Origin: an uncultured Candidatus Saccharibacteria bacterium
GTDB lineage: Bacteria > Patescibacteriota > Minisyncoccia > Phycocordibacterales > Phycocordibacteraceae
Assembly (NCBI GenBank): GCA_964366435.1
Contig: CAYITJ010000003.1
Span: forward strand, 1 to 49,600
Direction of reading: 5' to 3'
DNA: 49,600 nt
Part shown: positions 1 to 9,133 of the stretch, one piece after another
Layout of the letters: each line of letters opens with the position of its first letter
Numbering within the stretch: the first letter of the stretch is position 1
Position numbers and translations under genes: made by a program
The notes under the pieces: model-generated
Told to the model about the DNA's origin: nothing
What the model saw: the letters and a program-made list of their open reading frames with translations, nothing else
Databases searched by the model: none

Positions 1-250
1 CGCGCACAAGCGCGTCCATCACTGTGGGGGTGGTCTCGTAATCATTTCCATCGGCCGCTGTCACCATGTCCACAATTCGTGGGCCGCGCGTAGCAATAAG
101 TTCTGCATCAAAATAGGACCGTACACGGTCACGTAGCGATGTAGCCTTTCCTACATACAGCACCTTCTTGCTGGTTCCTTTGCCGAGCGTAAAGAAATAC
201 ACACCCGGGCAGTCGGGCAAATCAAACTTCTCCAGTGCTGCGCGTTCCAT
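1..250 (-). CDS. uvrC: UvrC excinuclease subunit C, N-terminal GIY-YIG part (the gene continues beyond the window start)
   Basis: Absent from the ORF track because there is no stop codon inside the window. My translation of the minus strand from the ATG at 250 gives [63 protein letters not shown], which carries the GIY-YIG signature of UvrC N-termini. TAGGAT lies 6 nt upstream of the ATG. Confidence 0.85.
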   Translation of the reverse strand, partial: MERAALEKFDLPDCPGVYFFTLGKGTSKKVLYVGKATSLRDRVRSYFDAELIATRGPRIVDMVTAADGNDYETTPTVMDALVR

Positions 251-289
251 ATGGGCATCCTAACTGGCAATTCGGTACTCGTAAATGGA

Positions 290-321
290 AACCCCGCCCT
301 AGCTTGCACTAGCGCGGGGTT
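290..321 (-). terminator. Hairpin terminator downstream of the TetR gene
   Basis: AACCCCGC (290-297) pairs with GCGGGGTT (314-321), extended by an inner CTAG/CTAG pairing. On the minus strand the hairpin is followed by TTTCCATTT. It begins 25 nt after the TetR stop codon. Confidence 0.55.
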
Positions 322-345
322 CAAACATTCGTCCATACAAACCAA

Positions 346-936
346 TTAAAGCAGAAGAAGAAGTCTCAGATAGTGTTCAGGGGGAGGGTCCTGGGTGATG
401 ACGAGCGGCGCCCTGGCTTGCGCCGCCAGGTTGTGCGTATGCACCGCCCATATAACCTTGGCGATACCCTCGGCGTTCGGAACTCGCTGCTCCAGCAGAA
501 TCGCGGACATGATGCCCACGAACTCGGCATTGGTGTCGTCGATGTACTTGCTGAGCTCGTCCGTAGAGCCGGCCCTACTAAACCGAGCATCCAGAAGGTA
601 GTTCTTGTTCTGCCAGTCCACGTAATTGTGACTCAGAGCCCTGTCAAGACGCTGAATCAGTGTGTACTCGGCCGAAGCGCCGACGTCGTCGCGGAAGCGC
701 TCCAGCTCCGTAACCTTGTCAGCACGAAGCACTTCCAGGAGCATCTCCTCCTTGCTCTTGAAGCTGGAGAAGACCGATCCTGTTGACACTCCGCAACTTT
801 CCGCAATGTCGCGAATGGTCGCGGCCTCGTAGGTAGTCATGAGGAATGCCTGACGGGCGGCGGCGAGAACTTTGTCGTGCGTGGCGATTTTGGCGAGAGC
901 CCTCCTTGTTGGAGGGCGTGTGGGTCGATGCGACAT
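346..936 (-). CDS. TetR/AcrR-family transcriptional regulator (196 aa)
   Basis: The N-terminal HTH region reads AARQAFLMTTYEAATIRDIAESCGVSTGSVFSSFKSKEEML, typical of TetR_N. I moved the start to the ATG at 936 because AGGAGA lies 5 nt upstream. The track start at 1035 adds a hydrophobic non-TetR extension. The gene is visibly GC-richer than its neighbours. Confidence 0.85.
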   Translation of the reverse strand: MSHRPTRPPTRRALAKIATHDKVLAAARQAFLMTTYEAATIRDIAESCGVSTGSVFSSFKSKEEMLLEVLRADKVTELERFRDDVGASAEYTLIQRLDRALSHNYVDWQNKNYLLDARFSRAGSTDELSKYIDDTNAEFVGIMSAILLEQRVPNAEGIAKVIWAVHTHNLAAQARAPLVITQDPPPEHYLRLLLLL

Positions 937-1044
937 ACCTATCTCCTGCCAATTGATGGCAACCACAAAGAACGCAGTGGTCACGGGTGTGATCTCAACT
1001 GTCGCGAGTATGGTACATACACCAATAAGCGTCAAGCAAATGAT

Positions 1045-1073
1045 TTGACATATATAGTAAAATATATTTTAAT
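1045..1073 (+). promoter_or_regulatory. Sigma70-type promoter with a candidate TetR operator
   Basis: TTGACA (1045-1050), a 17-nt spacer, then TTTAAT (1068-1073). A perfect 14-bp palindrome TAAAATATATTTTA (1058-1071) overlaps the spacer and the -10 element. The site lies in the divergent region between the TetR gene and the 115-aa membrane gene. Confidence 0.5.
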
Positions 1074-1099
1074 GCATTGAACACGTTCTGGAGGGTGTA

Positions 1100-1447
1100 A
1101 TGAAAAATGTTCTTCTGTACCTGCGGTGCGCCGTAGCTAACCGATACACCCTGGCTGGCTACCTCATCGTATTCATGGTTGTGCCTTTGATGTTCTACCT
1201 GCCCGCCAAGGTCTACTTGCTGCCGTTATGGGTCGTGTTCTGGGGTGGTCTAGCGCTACTTGGGGTCACAGCCTTTGGACGCCATACGCTCAGGGCATAT
1301 CGACGCGTCACGCAGAGCGCTGACCGTTTCGGCCGGGCTGACGATCGTGTCGTGAGTACTTACGACACGTACTGCGATATCACGGGTGCTCGCATGGCTC
1401 AACGAGATCTCCAAAAGAGGTTGCAAAATAAGGCGCGGACGGAGTGA
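1100..1447 (+). CDS. Small 2-TM membrane protein with a basic cytoplasmic tail (115 aa), divergent from the TetR gene
   Basis: ATG start with GGAGGG 4 nt upstream. Two hydrophobic helices are present (YLIVFMVVPLMFYL and LLPLWVVFWGGLALLGVTAF). I recognised no family. Confidence 0.65.
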   Translation: MKNVLLYLRCAVANRYTLAGYLIVFMVVPLMFYLPAKVYLLPLWVVFWGGLALLGVTAFGRHTLRAYRRVTQSADRFGRADDRVVSTYDTYCDITGARMAQRDLQKRLQNKARTE

Positions 1448-1469
1448 CCCTCCTCCGCGTTTATTTTTT
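1434..1469. terminator. Bidirectional hairpin terminator between the membrane gene and uvrA
   Basis: CGCGGACGGAG (1434-1444) pairs with CTCCTCCGCG (1450-1459), giving 10 bp with one bulge, followed by TTTATTTTTT. The reverse strand is followed by CCTTATTTTG. Confidence 0.6.
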
Positions 1470-4118
1470 ATACTTTGCCTTCTTTAACATCTTCGCTAAG
1501 TAGTGGCCTGTGTGCGAGCCTTCTACTTCTGCGACCTCCTCAGGTGTTCCCTTTGCAATTACCTTTCCACCACCAACACCTCCCTCGGGACCAAAATCAA
1601 TAAGGTGGTCAGCAGACTTAATGATGTCTAGATTGTGCTCAATTACCACTACCGTGTTGCTGCGGCGAACGAGTTCCTGCAGAATCTCGAGCAGTTTGCG
1701 CACATCCTCGTAGTGAAGACCTACCGTTGGCTCGTCGAGCAAATACAGCGTCTTCATGGTAATCGGACGATAGAGCTCGGACGCAATTTTTACACGCTGC
1801 GCTTCTCCACCAGAGAGTGTGGTAGCAGACTGCCCCAGCGTCAGATACTCGAGTCCTGTACGCTTAAGTGAATCCAAACGGTCGTGAATAGCAGGAATGT
1901 CCTCAAAGAAGGTTGCTGCTTCTTCCACGGTCATCTGCAAAATATCGTGGATGTTCTTGCCACGGAATGTCACTTCGAGCGTCTCACGCATGAAGCGCTT
2001 ACCGTTACATACGTCACAGGTGACGTATACGGTTGGTAGGAAGTGCATTTCAACCGCAATCATGCCGTTACCCTGACACGTCTCACAGCGACCACCCGCA
2101 ACGTTGAACGAGAATCGCCCTGGCTTCCACCCGCGTGCACGAGCCTCGCTTGTTGCAGCAAACAAGTCACGAATATGCGTAAACGCGCCTGTGTAGGTGG
2201 CAGGGTTTGAGCGTGGCGTACGACCAATCGGTGACTGATCAATCAACACCACACGACCCACATACTCGGTACCCGTCATGCTTGCGACGTGCTCCAGTTT
2301 TGCTTCGCGCTTTGCAAAACGCGCTGCTACGTTCTTGTGCAGAATGTCGTAGAGGAACGTGGACTTACCCGAACCAGACACACCAGTGATACACACGAGC
2401 TTCCCAAGCGGAATATCAACGTTTTGATTCTTCAGGTTGTGGAGGGCTGCTCCCTTAATCTTAATTGAACCCTTCTCGCCCGTGCGGCGCTCTTCGGGCA
2501 CTTCTATTTCAGCCTCACCACGCAGGTACGACAGGGTACGTGAGCCAGAGTCATTCTTTGGCGCCGTTAGAAGCTCGTCGAGCCAGCCAGAGACCACAAC
2601 ATTCCCGCCGTGCGTTCCAGCGCCTGGTCCAATGTCCACAATGTAGTCAGCAGCGTAGATAGTGTCCTCGTCGTGCTCAACCACAAGAATCGTGTTGCCG
2701 AGTTTTTTGAGTGTTAGCAGCGTATTAATCAGGCGGTCGTTATCGCGCTGATGTAGACCAATAGTAGGCTCGTCGAGCACATAGAGCGCTCCCACAAGAC
2801 CCGTACCAAGCTGAGAGGCCAAGCGGATGCGCTGCGCTTCTCCACCCGAGAGCGTTGCAGCAGAACGATTGAGCGTGAGGTAGTCCAAACCGACATTCAG
2901 CATGAACTCCAGGCGGCTCGTGATTTCGCGAATGATAGGCGCCGCAATTTCCATGCGCATTTCGGACAATTCAATGGTGTCCATGAACTCCTTCGCCTCT
3001 TTAATAGAGAAGTTGGTGAAATCAACGACATTGATACCAAGACCCTTACTCTTCGCATGCTTTATATATACGCGCAGTGCTTCTGGCTTTAGACGCTTAC
3101 CCTCACACACAGGGCAAACCTCGTCTGAAAAGAGCGACTTGGTACCAAGCCCATTACACGCAGTACAAGCCCCATACGGGCTGTTAAAGGAGAAGAGGCG
3201 TGGCTCTACCTCAGGGAACGACGTGCCGTCCTCAGGACAAATAAACTTCGCAGAAAGTGTCTCAAACGTTCCGTCCGCATGGAGAATCTTTACGAGCCCG
3301 TCGCTTTCCTTCAGCGCAAGCTCTAGCGCCTCGCTCAAACGCTCACGCGCCTGCTCTGGCGTACGTACGAACTCGCTAACGAAGATGGAATCCACCACCG
3401 CATCAATATCGTGACGCTTGTTACGGTCGAGTACGAGCTTCTCGCGCAGCGAGTGCGGCTTCCCGTCTACCAATACCTTCTCGTATCCTTTACTGAGGAG
3501 GTCGTAGAGCAGCTGATAGTACTCACCCTTTCGGCCCACCACCACAGGTGCATGAATGACAACCTGCGTTCTATCAAACTCAATTCCCATGACCGTCTCT
3601 GTCTCCCCCTTCTTCTTAGACGGCTGCGTGGTCTTTGCGAGCACGCGCTCCCACACCATACGAATCATTTCCTCCTTTGAGAGGCGAGAGATGGGTACAT
3701 CGTGGTGAATACAGTACGGCTGACCTGCACGTGCATACAAGACGCGCAGGTAGTCATAAATCTCGGTGACGGTTGCCACCGTAGAGCGCGGGTTGTTGGA
3801 GCGACTCTTCTGGTCAATGGAAATAGCTGGTGAGAGGCCGGTAATCTCGTCCACATCTGGCTTCTGCATTTGGTTTAGAAACTGGCGGGCGTACGCAGAA
3901 AGTGATTCCACGTAGCGGCGCTGCCCTTCGGCAAAAATCGTATCAAAAGCGAGCGAGGACTTGCCCGAACCAGAAAGACCGGTAAGCACCGTCATAACAC
4001 CACGGGGAATCTCCACCGAGACATTCTTCAGGTTATGGGTACGGGCACCTTTCACTGATATCCAATCAGCGCCCTGGTGTTGCTCGTGTGAGCTCTCTTT
4101 CTTTTTAGCGGTAGCCAT
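1461..4118 (-). CDS. uvrA: UvrA excinuclease ATPase subunit (885 aa)
   Basis: Two ABC ATPase modules are present (GLSGSGKSS and GVSGSGKST Walker A motifs, LSGGEAQR signatures twice), together with CxxC zinc modules. The overall order is typical of UvrA. Confidence 0.97.
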   Translation of the reverse strand: MATAKKKESSHEQHQGADWISVKGARTHNLKNVSVEIPRGVMTVLTGLSGSGKSSLAFDTIFAEGQRRYVESLSAYARQFLNQMQKPDVDEITGLSPAISIDQKSRSNNPRSTVATVTEIYDYLRVLYARAGQPYCIHHDVPISRLSKEEMIRMVWERVLAKTTQPSKKKGETETVMGIEFDRTQVVIHAPVVVGRKGEYYQLLYDLLSKGYEKVLVDGKPHSLREKLVLDRNKRHDIDAVVDSIFVSEFVRTPEQARERLSEALELALKESDGLVKILHADGTFETLSAKFICPEDGTSFPEVEPRLFSFNSPYGACTACNGLGTKSLFSDEVCPVCEGKRLKPEALRVYIKHAKSKGLGINVVDFTNFSIKEAKEFMDTIELSEMRMEIAAPIIREITSRLEFMLNVGLDYLTLNRSAATLSGGEAQRIRLASQLGTGLVGALYVLDEPTIGLHQRDNDRLINTLLTLKKLGNTILVVEHDEDTIYAADYIVDIGPGAGTHGGNVVVSGWLDELLTAPKNDSGSRTLSYLRGEAEIEVPEERRTGEKGSIKIKGAALHNLKNQNVDIPLGKLVCITGVSGSGKSTFLYDILHKNVAARFAKREAKLEHVASMTGTEYVGRVVLIDQSPIGRTPRSNPATYTGAFTHIRDLFAATSEARARGWKPGRFSFNVAGGRCETCQGNGMIAVEMHFLPTVYVTCDVCNGKRFMRETLEVTFRGKNIHDILQMTVEEAATFFEDIPAIHDRLDSLKRTGLEYLTLGQSATTLSGGEAQRVKIASELYRPITMKTLYLLDEPTVGLHYEDVRKLLEILQELVRRSNTVVVIEHNLDIIKSADHLIDFGPEGGVGGGKVIAKGTPEEVAEVEGSHTGHYLAKMLKKAKYKK

Positions 4119-4178
4119 ACTATGGAAATGGCCAGTCCGTGGCGGGACTGGTACTAGAGCACTGTATCATATTAGACC

Positions 4179-4973
4179 TTACTTAGCTCCTGATTCCTCG
4201 AGCAAATCCAAACGAGCGTTCTCGGCAATTAGTACCGACCTGTTTAGTCTCGACAACAACACCTCTTGGATGTCACTGACAGAACGCGGCCGCCCTCCAC
4301 CAAGCAAATCGGAAGGGTTCAGCTGTGCTTGCTCTAGTACTGACGCTATGAACTTCTCACCCTCCTCGCCCTCAATTCGGGACCGAAACTGCGCCAGAAG
4401 CTCTTTGAGCTGCGTCAGAGATTCTACAGTGTGCTCTGCCTGACGCGGTGGAAACAGTCCGCGAAACTCCTTCATCAAGTCTACATCCCCGAAGTCGTAC
4501 AGCACCGCTTTCTCGCCTGTATATACGTAGTTGTGAGGTACACCTCGACTCTTTCTATGATCTGCGTCCCCAAATGCAAGATTCATGAACTCAAGATAGG
4601 CTAGCAACTCATTCTTTGACGTTTTTCGCTCGATACGCTCAAGCGGCATAACTTTTGAATACTGGACATGTGGCTTCTCAGCACGAGACACAATATCAGC
4701 AACTGGAATGATTCCTTTGGTCAGTAGTACAACAGCCTTCTGCTTCTCCACTACTTTTCGCAGCTCAACATACTCTCCTGAGTCATGGGCGCCAATGGTG
4801 TGTGGTCTGCCTCTTTCGTCAAAACTAACCGTATGATTCATCTCACCAGTGAGCGGTAATGAGGAATACGTTGTTGGGTCTGCCTCCTCGTTCGCCTTAC
4901 GAGCAATTTCTAGCTCCTCCTCAGTTGGCTGAGGGGCTTTTGCGAAAGGTTTTAGAAACTTCTCCCCGAACAT
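4179..4973 (-). CDS. Hypothetical 264-aa protein, translationally coupled to the receiver gene, with a weak protein-kinase-like motif
   Basis: Its ATG lies 3 nt after the response-regulator stop codon. It contains [16 protein letters not shown] followed by LYDFGD; the N-to-DFG spacing of 12 residues resembles that of kinase-like folds. The family was not recognised. Confidence 0.7.
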   Translation of the reverse strand: MFGEKFLKPFAKAPQPTEEELEIARKANEEADPTTYSSLPLTGEMNHTVSFDERGRPHTIGAHDSGEYVELRKVVEKQKAVVLLTKGIIPVADIVSRAEKPHVQYSKVMPLERIERKTSKNELLAYLEFMNLAFGDADHRKSRGVPHNYVYTGEKAVLYDFGDVDLMKEFRGLFPPRQAEHTVESLTQLKELLAQFRSRIEGEEGEKFIASVLEQAQLNPSDLLGGGRPRSVSDIQEVLLSRLNRSVLIAENARLDLLEESGAK

Positions 4974-4976
4974 GAC

Positions 4977-5369
4977 TTAAGCCGCAGGTGCTTGATTTAT
5001 AAGCAAATTCTCAATCTTGCCAATGATTTCTTCGATAGCGACTTCTGCTTTGACGAGATAGTCGTTTGCACCAAGCGCCTTTGCGCGCTCAATATCCTTC
5101 TGCTGGCCGAGGTTGGAGACAATGATGACCGGTGTGTCCTTCTCTGGTCCCGCGTGCTTACGGATACCTTCAAGCACCGCAAAGCCGTCCATAGTAGGCA
5201 GCATGAGATCGAGGAGCACGATGGACGGCTTGTACTGGTCAAACAATCCAATGGCTTCGTTACCATCGTTTGCATAGAGCGTCTGATACTTTCCTGCAAG
5301 CGTGTGCCCCAGCAAGTTCTTCAGGATTGGATCGTCCTCTACCACCAGGATGAATTTAGTATCAGTCAT
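4977..5369 (-). CDS. Single-domain CheY-like response regulator (130 aa, no output domain)
   Basis: ILVVEDDP, the LLDLMLP phospho-acceptor Asp context and a conserved Lys near VSNLGQQKD are present. There is no SD. TATACT lies 8 nt upstream of the ATG. Confidence 0.92.
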   Translation of the reverse strand: MTDTKFILVVEDDPILKNLLGHTLAGKYQTLYANDGNEAIGLFDQYKPSIVLLDLMLPTMDGFAVLEGIRKHAGPEKDTPVIIVSNLGQQKDIERAKALGANDYLVKAEVAIEEIIGKIENLLINQAPAA

Positions 5370-5377
5370 ATGGCTAA

Positions 5378-5383
5378 AGTATA
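5378..5383 (-). promoter_or_regulatory. -10-like TATACT, 8 nt upstream of the receiver ATG (leaderless-type arrangement)
   Basis: The reverse complement of AGTATA at 5378-5383 is TATACT. No purine-rich SD lies between it and the ATG at 5369. Confidence 0.45.
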
Positions 5384-5452
5384 CCCCATGAGATTTTCAA
5401 GAAAATAGGGCTAAATCAACATGGCACGTATCTCACGAGGTACGCCGTCCTC

Positions 5453-6547
5453 CTATCGCTCAGCAATCGGAAGGGTGAGGGTGAATGTAGTACCTATTCC
5501 GTCCTCGTTCGGCGCAAAGACAAGGTCTCCCCCATGGTCAGTGGCAATGGTACGTGCAATGTAGAGCCCTAGGCCGTTTCCACCATTCTGCACAGCAATA
5601 GCATTTTGTGCGCGATAGAAACGCTCAAAGATGTTGTCGCGGTCCTCTGAACCAATACCGATACCACTGTCGCGAACCATGAGCTGTACCTTCCCAGCGC
5701 GCTCACTGCTTGAGATGCGTACCGTACCGCCAGCTGGTGTATAGCGAATGGCGTTCTCAATAAGGTTATTCAGTACCCACTTCACGCGTTCTCGGTCGGC
5801 ACGAGCTTTTGGCACCTGTGCGTTGCGCTCTACGTACACACTCACCTGTGCCTTCTGTGCTGCTGGACTAAAGTCGTGCACCACTTCTTCAGCCATATCT
5901 TCAATCGCTACGGGCAGGAACGTGTACTTGTACTTACCTGATTCAATCGCAGAAATATCAAGCAGCGTCCCCACGATGGCCACGAGTTCATGACTCTTGT
6001 CCTTGGCGCTCTTTACCAATGCCTGATGATCCTCACTTAAATCACTTTTCTCAAGCGCTTCAAGCGCCCAGCGAATACCCGTGAGTGGTGTGCGCAACTG
6101 ATGGGCTGCAGTAGAAATGAAGTCGGACTTCACGCGAGACACCTCCACATCCTTCTTGTGTGAGATTTCAACACGGTCAATAACCTGGTCAAAGCTTCGT
6201 ACGAGCACCTGTATTTCCTTTGGCAGTTTCTTAATGACAGGAAGCGGTAGTCGCTCCCCTGTGGCAGCAAATCCTTCCATTGCCACAACGAGCCGTCGCA
6301 GTGGAGCCATCACGTAGTGCTCGAGCACAAGGTACAAAAGCCAGAGAAGAGCAAGTACAAACACCACAGAGACTATTGCCTGCCACAGCAACAACACGTA
6401 GAGCGCCTGACTCGACTGCTGCACCAGCTCGGGAGGGAAAATGACGGAGAGTTGGCTCTGAAGGAAATACCGAGAGGCCACAACAATGGCAAGGGACGCG
6501 ACAAGAAGTCCCGCAAGGAGTGTTCCAACCAATGCCCGCAAACTCAT
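5453..6547 (-). CDS. Sensor histidine kinase (2 TM, HisKA + HATPase_c)
   Basis: H-box AAHQLRTPLT, N-box NLIENAIRYT, G1 RDSGIGI and G2 GGNGLGL are all present. There are two N-terminal TM helices. The start lies 5 nt after the uvrB stop codon. Confidence 0.93.
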   Translation of the reverse strand: MSLRALVGTLLAGLLVASLAIVVASRYFLQSQLSVIFPPELVQQSSQALYVLLLWQAIVSVVFVLALLWLLYLVLEHYVMAPLRRLVVAMEGFAATGERLPLPVIKKLPKEIQVLVRSFDQVIDRVEISHKKDVEVSRVKSDFISTAAHQLRTPLTGIRWALEALEKSDLSEDHQALVKSAKDKSHELVAIVGTLLDISAIESGKYKYTFLPVAIEDMAEEVVHDFSPAAQKAQVSVYVERNAQVPKARADRERVKWVLNNLIENAIRYTPAGGTVRISSSERAGKVQLMVRDSGIGIGSEDRDNIFERFYRAQNAIAVQNGGNGLGLYIARTIATDHGGDLVFAPNEDGIGTTFTLTLPIAER

Positions 6548-6552
6548 TGCCC

Positions 6553-8640
6553 TTATTCTATCACGGTCCAGTTGCCTTTCTTCTTCTTAAGTACGGGATT
6601 TTTAGACGGTGGAGGAGGAACAATCTTTCCTTCGAGTTTGTATATCTCATCGCGAATAATTGCAGCAGTTTCAAAATCAAGCGCCTCCACTGCCTCGCCC
6701 ATCTGACGACGTTTGTCAGCTAGAAATGCCTCGGGATCCTCCTCAAACAATTTGGTATCAAGAACGAGGAGTGAGTCCACCGTCTTCTGGTGCTCGCTAC
6801 GCATACTCTCTGCAATGTCACGAATCTCCTTCTTAATCGTGATAGGAGTAATGCCGTGCTCCTTGTTGTAGGCGAGCTGCTTGGTGCGCCTGCGCTCGGT
6901 CTCACCAATAGCGCGCTCCATAGAGCCTGTCATGCCGTCAGCGTAGAGAATTACGCGTCCGAGGACATTTCTTGCGGCGCGCCCAATGGTTTGAATAAGC
7001 GATGTCTCTGAGCGCAGGAATCCTTCCTTGTCGGCGTCTAAAATTCCGACCAGCTCAACCTCTGGCAAGTCGAGCCCCTCACGCAGAAGATTTACACCCA
7101 CCAGCACGTCAAAGGTTCCCCTACGAAACGCAGTCAAAATATCAATGCGCTCAATGGTCTTAATGTCGCTGTGCAGGTACTCGGCCTTCATGCCCTTCTG
7201 TTTTAGGAAGTCAGAGAGGTCTTCTGCCATTTGCTTGGTGAGTGTTGTAGCAAGCACGCGGCCGCCACCACTGATAGTCTTCTCCGACTCCGCGATAAAG
7301 TCCGCTACCTGCCCAGGATACGTATCAGTACCAACAATGGGGCGAATGATGAGCTCGGGATCAATAAGACCTGTAGGGCGAATGATTTGCTCCGCCACCT
7401 GCCCGTCTGGCGGCACGCTGTGCTCGCGCTCGTAGTTGCCTGGCGTGGCGCTTGTGTAAATGGTCTGTCCAACACGTGCTTCAAATTCCTCAAAGCGCAG
7501 CGGGCGGTTGTCACGCGCAGACGGTAATCGGAACCCAAACTCAACAAGAGCGTCCTTGCGTGAGCGATCACCCGCATACATGCCACCAATTTGCGTGACC
7601 GTTACGTGCGACTCATCAATGATGGTGAGGAAGTCGGCTGAGCCGTCCTTCTTGTGCGGGAAATAGGACAGTAGTGTGTCGGGAGCCTCACCTGCTGCTC
7701 GCCCATCAAAGTGGCGTGAGTAGTTCTCAATACCGTTGGTGTAGCCAACTTCGCGAATCATAGCCAGGTCGTGTGTGGTACGACGTTTCAAGCGCTCGTA
7801 CTCAAGCGGCTTCTCTTCGCGCTTCAGCTGCGCAAGGCGCTCATCAAGCTCGCGCTTAATATCGTTCACCGCGCGCAGGCGCTCTTCTTCGTTTGCGACA
7901 AAGTGCTTGGCAGGGAAGATGAATAGGGAATCCAACTCCCCCAGTTTCGCGCGAGAAACAGGGTCCAAATGCTCGATGTAGGCAATGTTTTCTCCATCAA
8001 AGGAGATGCGGTACAGCGCTCGCTCGTTCACCGGCATAAGCTCTACGGTGTTACCAACCGCGCGCAGCTGTCCTGGAGAGAGGTCTGCTGGAGTTCGATT
8101 AAAGTGAATATCAATCAGTTTACGAATGAGTGCAGCCCGATTCTCTACCGCACCCTTCACAAGCTTTATGTGCACTTTCTCGTACTGTGCAGGGGAACCG
8201 AGTCCGTAAATGGCAGACACTGACGCCACAATGATGACGTCCTTGCGCGTCAGGAGCGCCTGGGTGGCCGCATGACGCAAGCGGTCAATCTCTGCGTTAA
8301 TCTGTGCTTCCTTTTCAATATAGGTGTCCGAGTGAGCAAGGTATGCCTCTGGCTGGTAGTAGTCGTAGTACGACACGAAGTAGTGCACGGCGTTCTCGGG
8401 GAAGAATTCCTTGTACTCTTGGGCCAGCTGCGCAGCCAGCGTCTTGTTGTGCGCCAAGACGAGCGTTGGCTTATCAAAATTCGCAATGATGTTTGCGGCG
8501 GTGAATGTCTTTCCCGAACCCGTCACTCCAAGCAGGGTTTGGTGACGCATCCCCTTCTTTAGTCCTTCAGTGAGTGTGGCAATGGCCACCGGCTGGTCGC
8601 CGGCTGGTGGGAACGGAGTATGGAGCTTGAAGTTCGCCAT
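6553..8640 (-). CDS. uvrB: UvrB excinuclease helicase subunit (695 aa)
   Basis: GVTGSGKT Walker A, DESH box and a C-terminal UVR motif (AAIIRDEIYKLEG) are present, followed by a short PPPPSK/KKKK tail. Confidence 0.97.
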   Translation of the reverse strand: MANFKLHTPFPPAGDQPVAIATLTEGLKKGMRHQTLLGVTGSGKTFTAANIIANFDKPTLVLAHNKTLAAQLAQEYKEFFPENAVHYFVSYYDYYQPEAYLAHSDTYIEKEAQINAEIDRLRHAATQALLTRKDVIIVASVSAIYGLGSPAQYEKVHIKLVKGAVENRAALIRKLIDIHFNRTPADLSPGQLRAVGNTVELMPVNERALYRISFDGENIAYIEHLDPVSRAKLGELDSLFIFPAKHFVANEEERLRAVNDIKRELDERLAQLKREEKPLEYERLKRRTTHDLAMIREVGYTNGIENYSRHFDGRAAGEAPDTLLSYFPHKKDGSADFLTIIDESHVTVTQIGGMYAGDRSRKDALVEFGFRLPSARDNRPLRFEEFEARVGQTIYTSATPGNYEREHSVPPDGQVAEQIIRPTGLIDPELIIRPIVGTDTYPGQVADFIAESEKTISGGGRVLATTLTKQMAEDLSDFLKQKGMKAEYLHSDIKTIERIDILTAFRRGTFDVLVGVNLLREGLDLPEVELVGILDADKEGFLRSETSLIQTIGRAARNVLGRVILYADGMTGSMERAIGETERRRTKQLAYNKEHGITPITIKKEIRDIAESMRSEHQKTVDSLLVLDTKLFEEDPEAFLADKRRQMGEAVEALDFETAAIIRDEIYKLEGKIVPPPPSKNPVLKKKKGNWTVIE

Positions 8641-8704
8641 AGATAGAATGACGATACCATATACGGAACCCTGGTATATACTTTCAACAGGCAGGGAGGT
8701 TCCG

Positions 8705-9088
8705 ATGAATAAGACCGTTCTCGACTCGCTAGAAAGAGCGCCTCGTCTTCGGTCGCTCTACAGCCTGCTTATAGAGCTTGAGCAGGAAAACCCGTTCACC
8801 CTTCTCGTCGCGGACACGCCATTCTTTGTGCACGACGACGGGACACCCTATTTGGGAGCAATCGTAAACCCGAGACTAGTACCTTCACACACGTACTGCA
8901 GCGAATCCGGCCTGAAGTGTGAGATAGAGGCCATTGCTTGCAGGATTCGCAAGGGAGAGTGTCCAGCGGAAGATTTGGAAAAGTTTGAAAGTTGGGCAGT
9001 CCCACAGATGCGCCACATCAAGGACGCTCGTCGTGCTGTTGATCGCAGTATCGTCCGCGATCTCAAAAGGAGAAATCTTCTTAATTAG
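8705..9088 (+). CDS. Hypothetical 127-aa protein (ORFan)
   Basis: The track ORF starts at 8570 but overlaps the uvrB 5' end. The in-frame ATG at 8705 has AGGGAGG 5 nt upstream and an extended -10 (TGGTATATACT, 8672-8682). I recognised no family. Confidence 0.6.
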   Translation: MNKTVLDSLERAPRLRSLYSLLIELEQENPFTLLVADTPFFVHDDGTPYLGAIVNPRLVPSHTYCSESGLKCEIEAIACRIRKGECPAEDLEKFESWAVPQMRHIKDARRAVDRSIVRDLKRRNLLN

Positions 9089-9100
9089 CACCAAGCCTTC

Positions 9101-9128
9101 AGGGCCGATTCCTCTAGGAATCGGCCCT
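9101..9128. terminator. Perfect 12-bp hairpin between convergent genes (no T-tract)
   Basis: AGGGCCGATTCC, loop TCTA, GGAATCGGCCCT. The hairpin lies between the stop codons at 9088 (+) and 9134 (-). No U-run follows on either strand, so terminator function is uncertain. Confidence 0.35.
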
Positions 9129-9133
9129 TGCTG

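Noticed and set aside
1079-1088. GAACACGTTC upstream of the 115-aa membrane gene as a possible LexA box
   Set aside because: The spacing is N2 rather than N4, and the sequence is not a perfect palindrome. The TetR operator palindrome nearby explains regulation better.
8570-8704. Upstream extension of the 8705-9088 ORF
   Set aside because: It overlaps the uvrB start region. The SD and extended -10 element fit the internal ATG at 8705.
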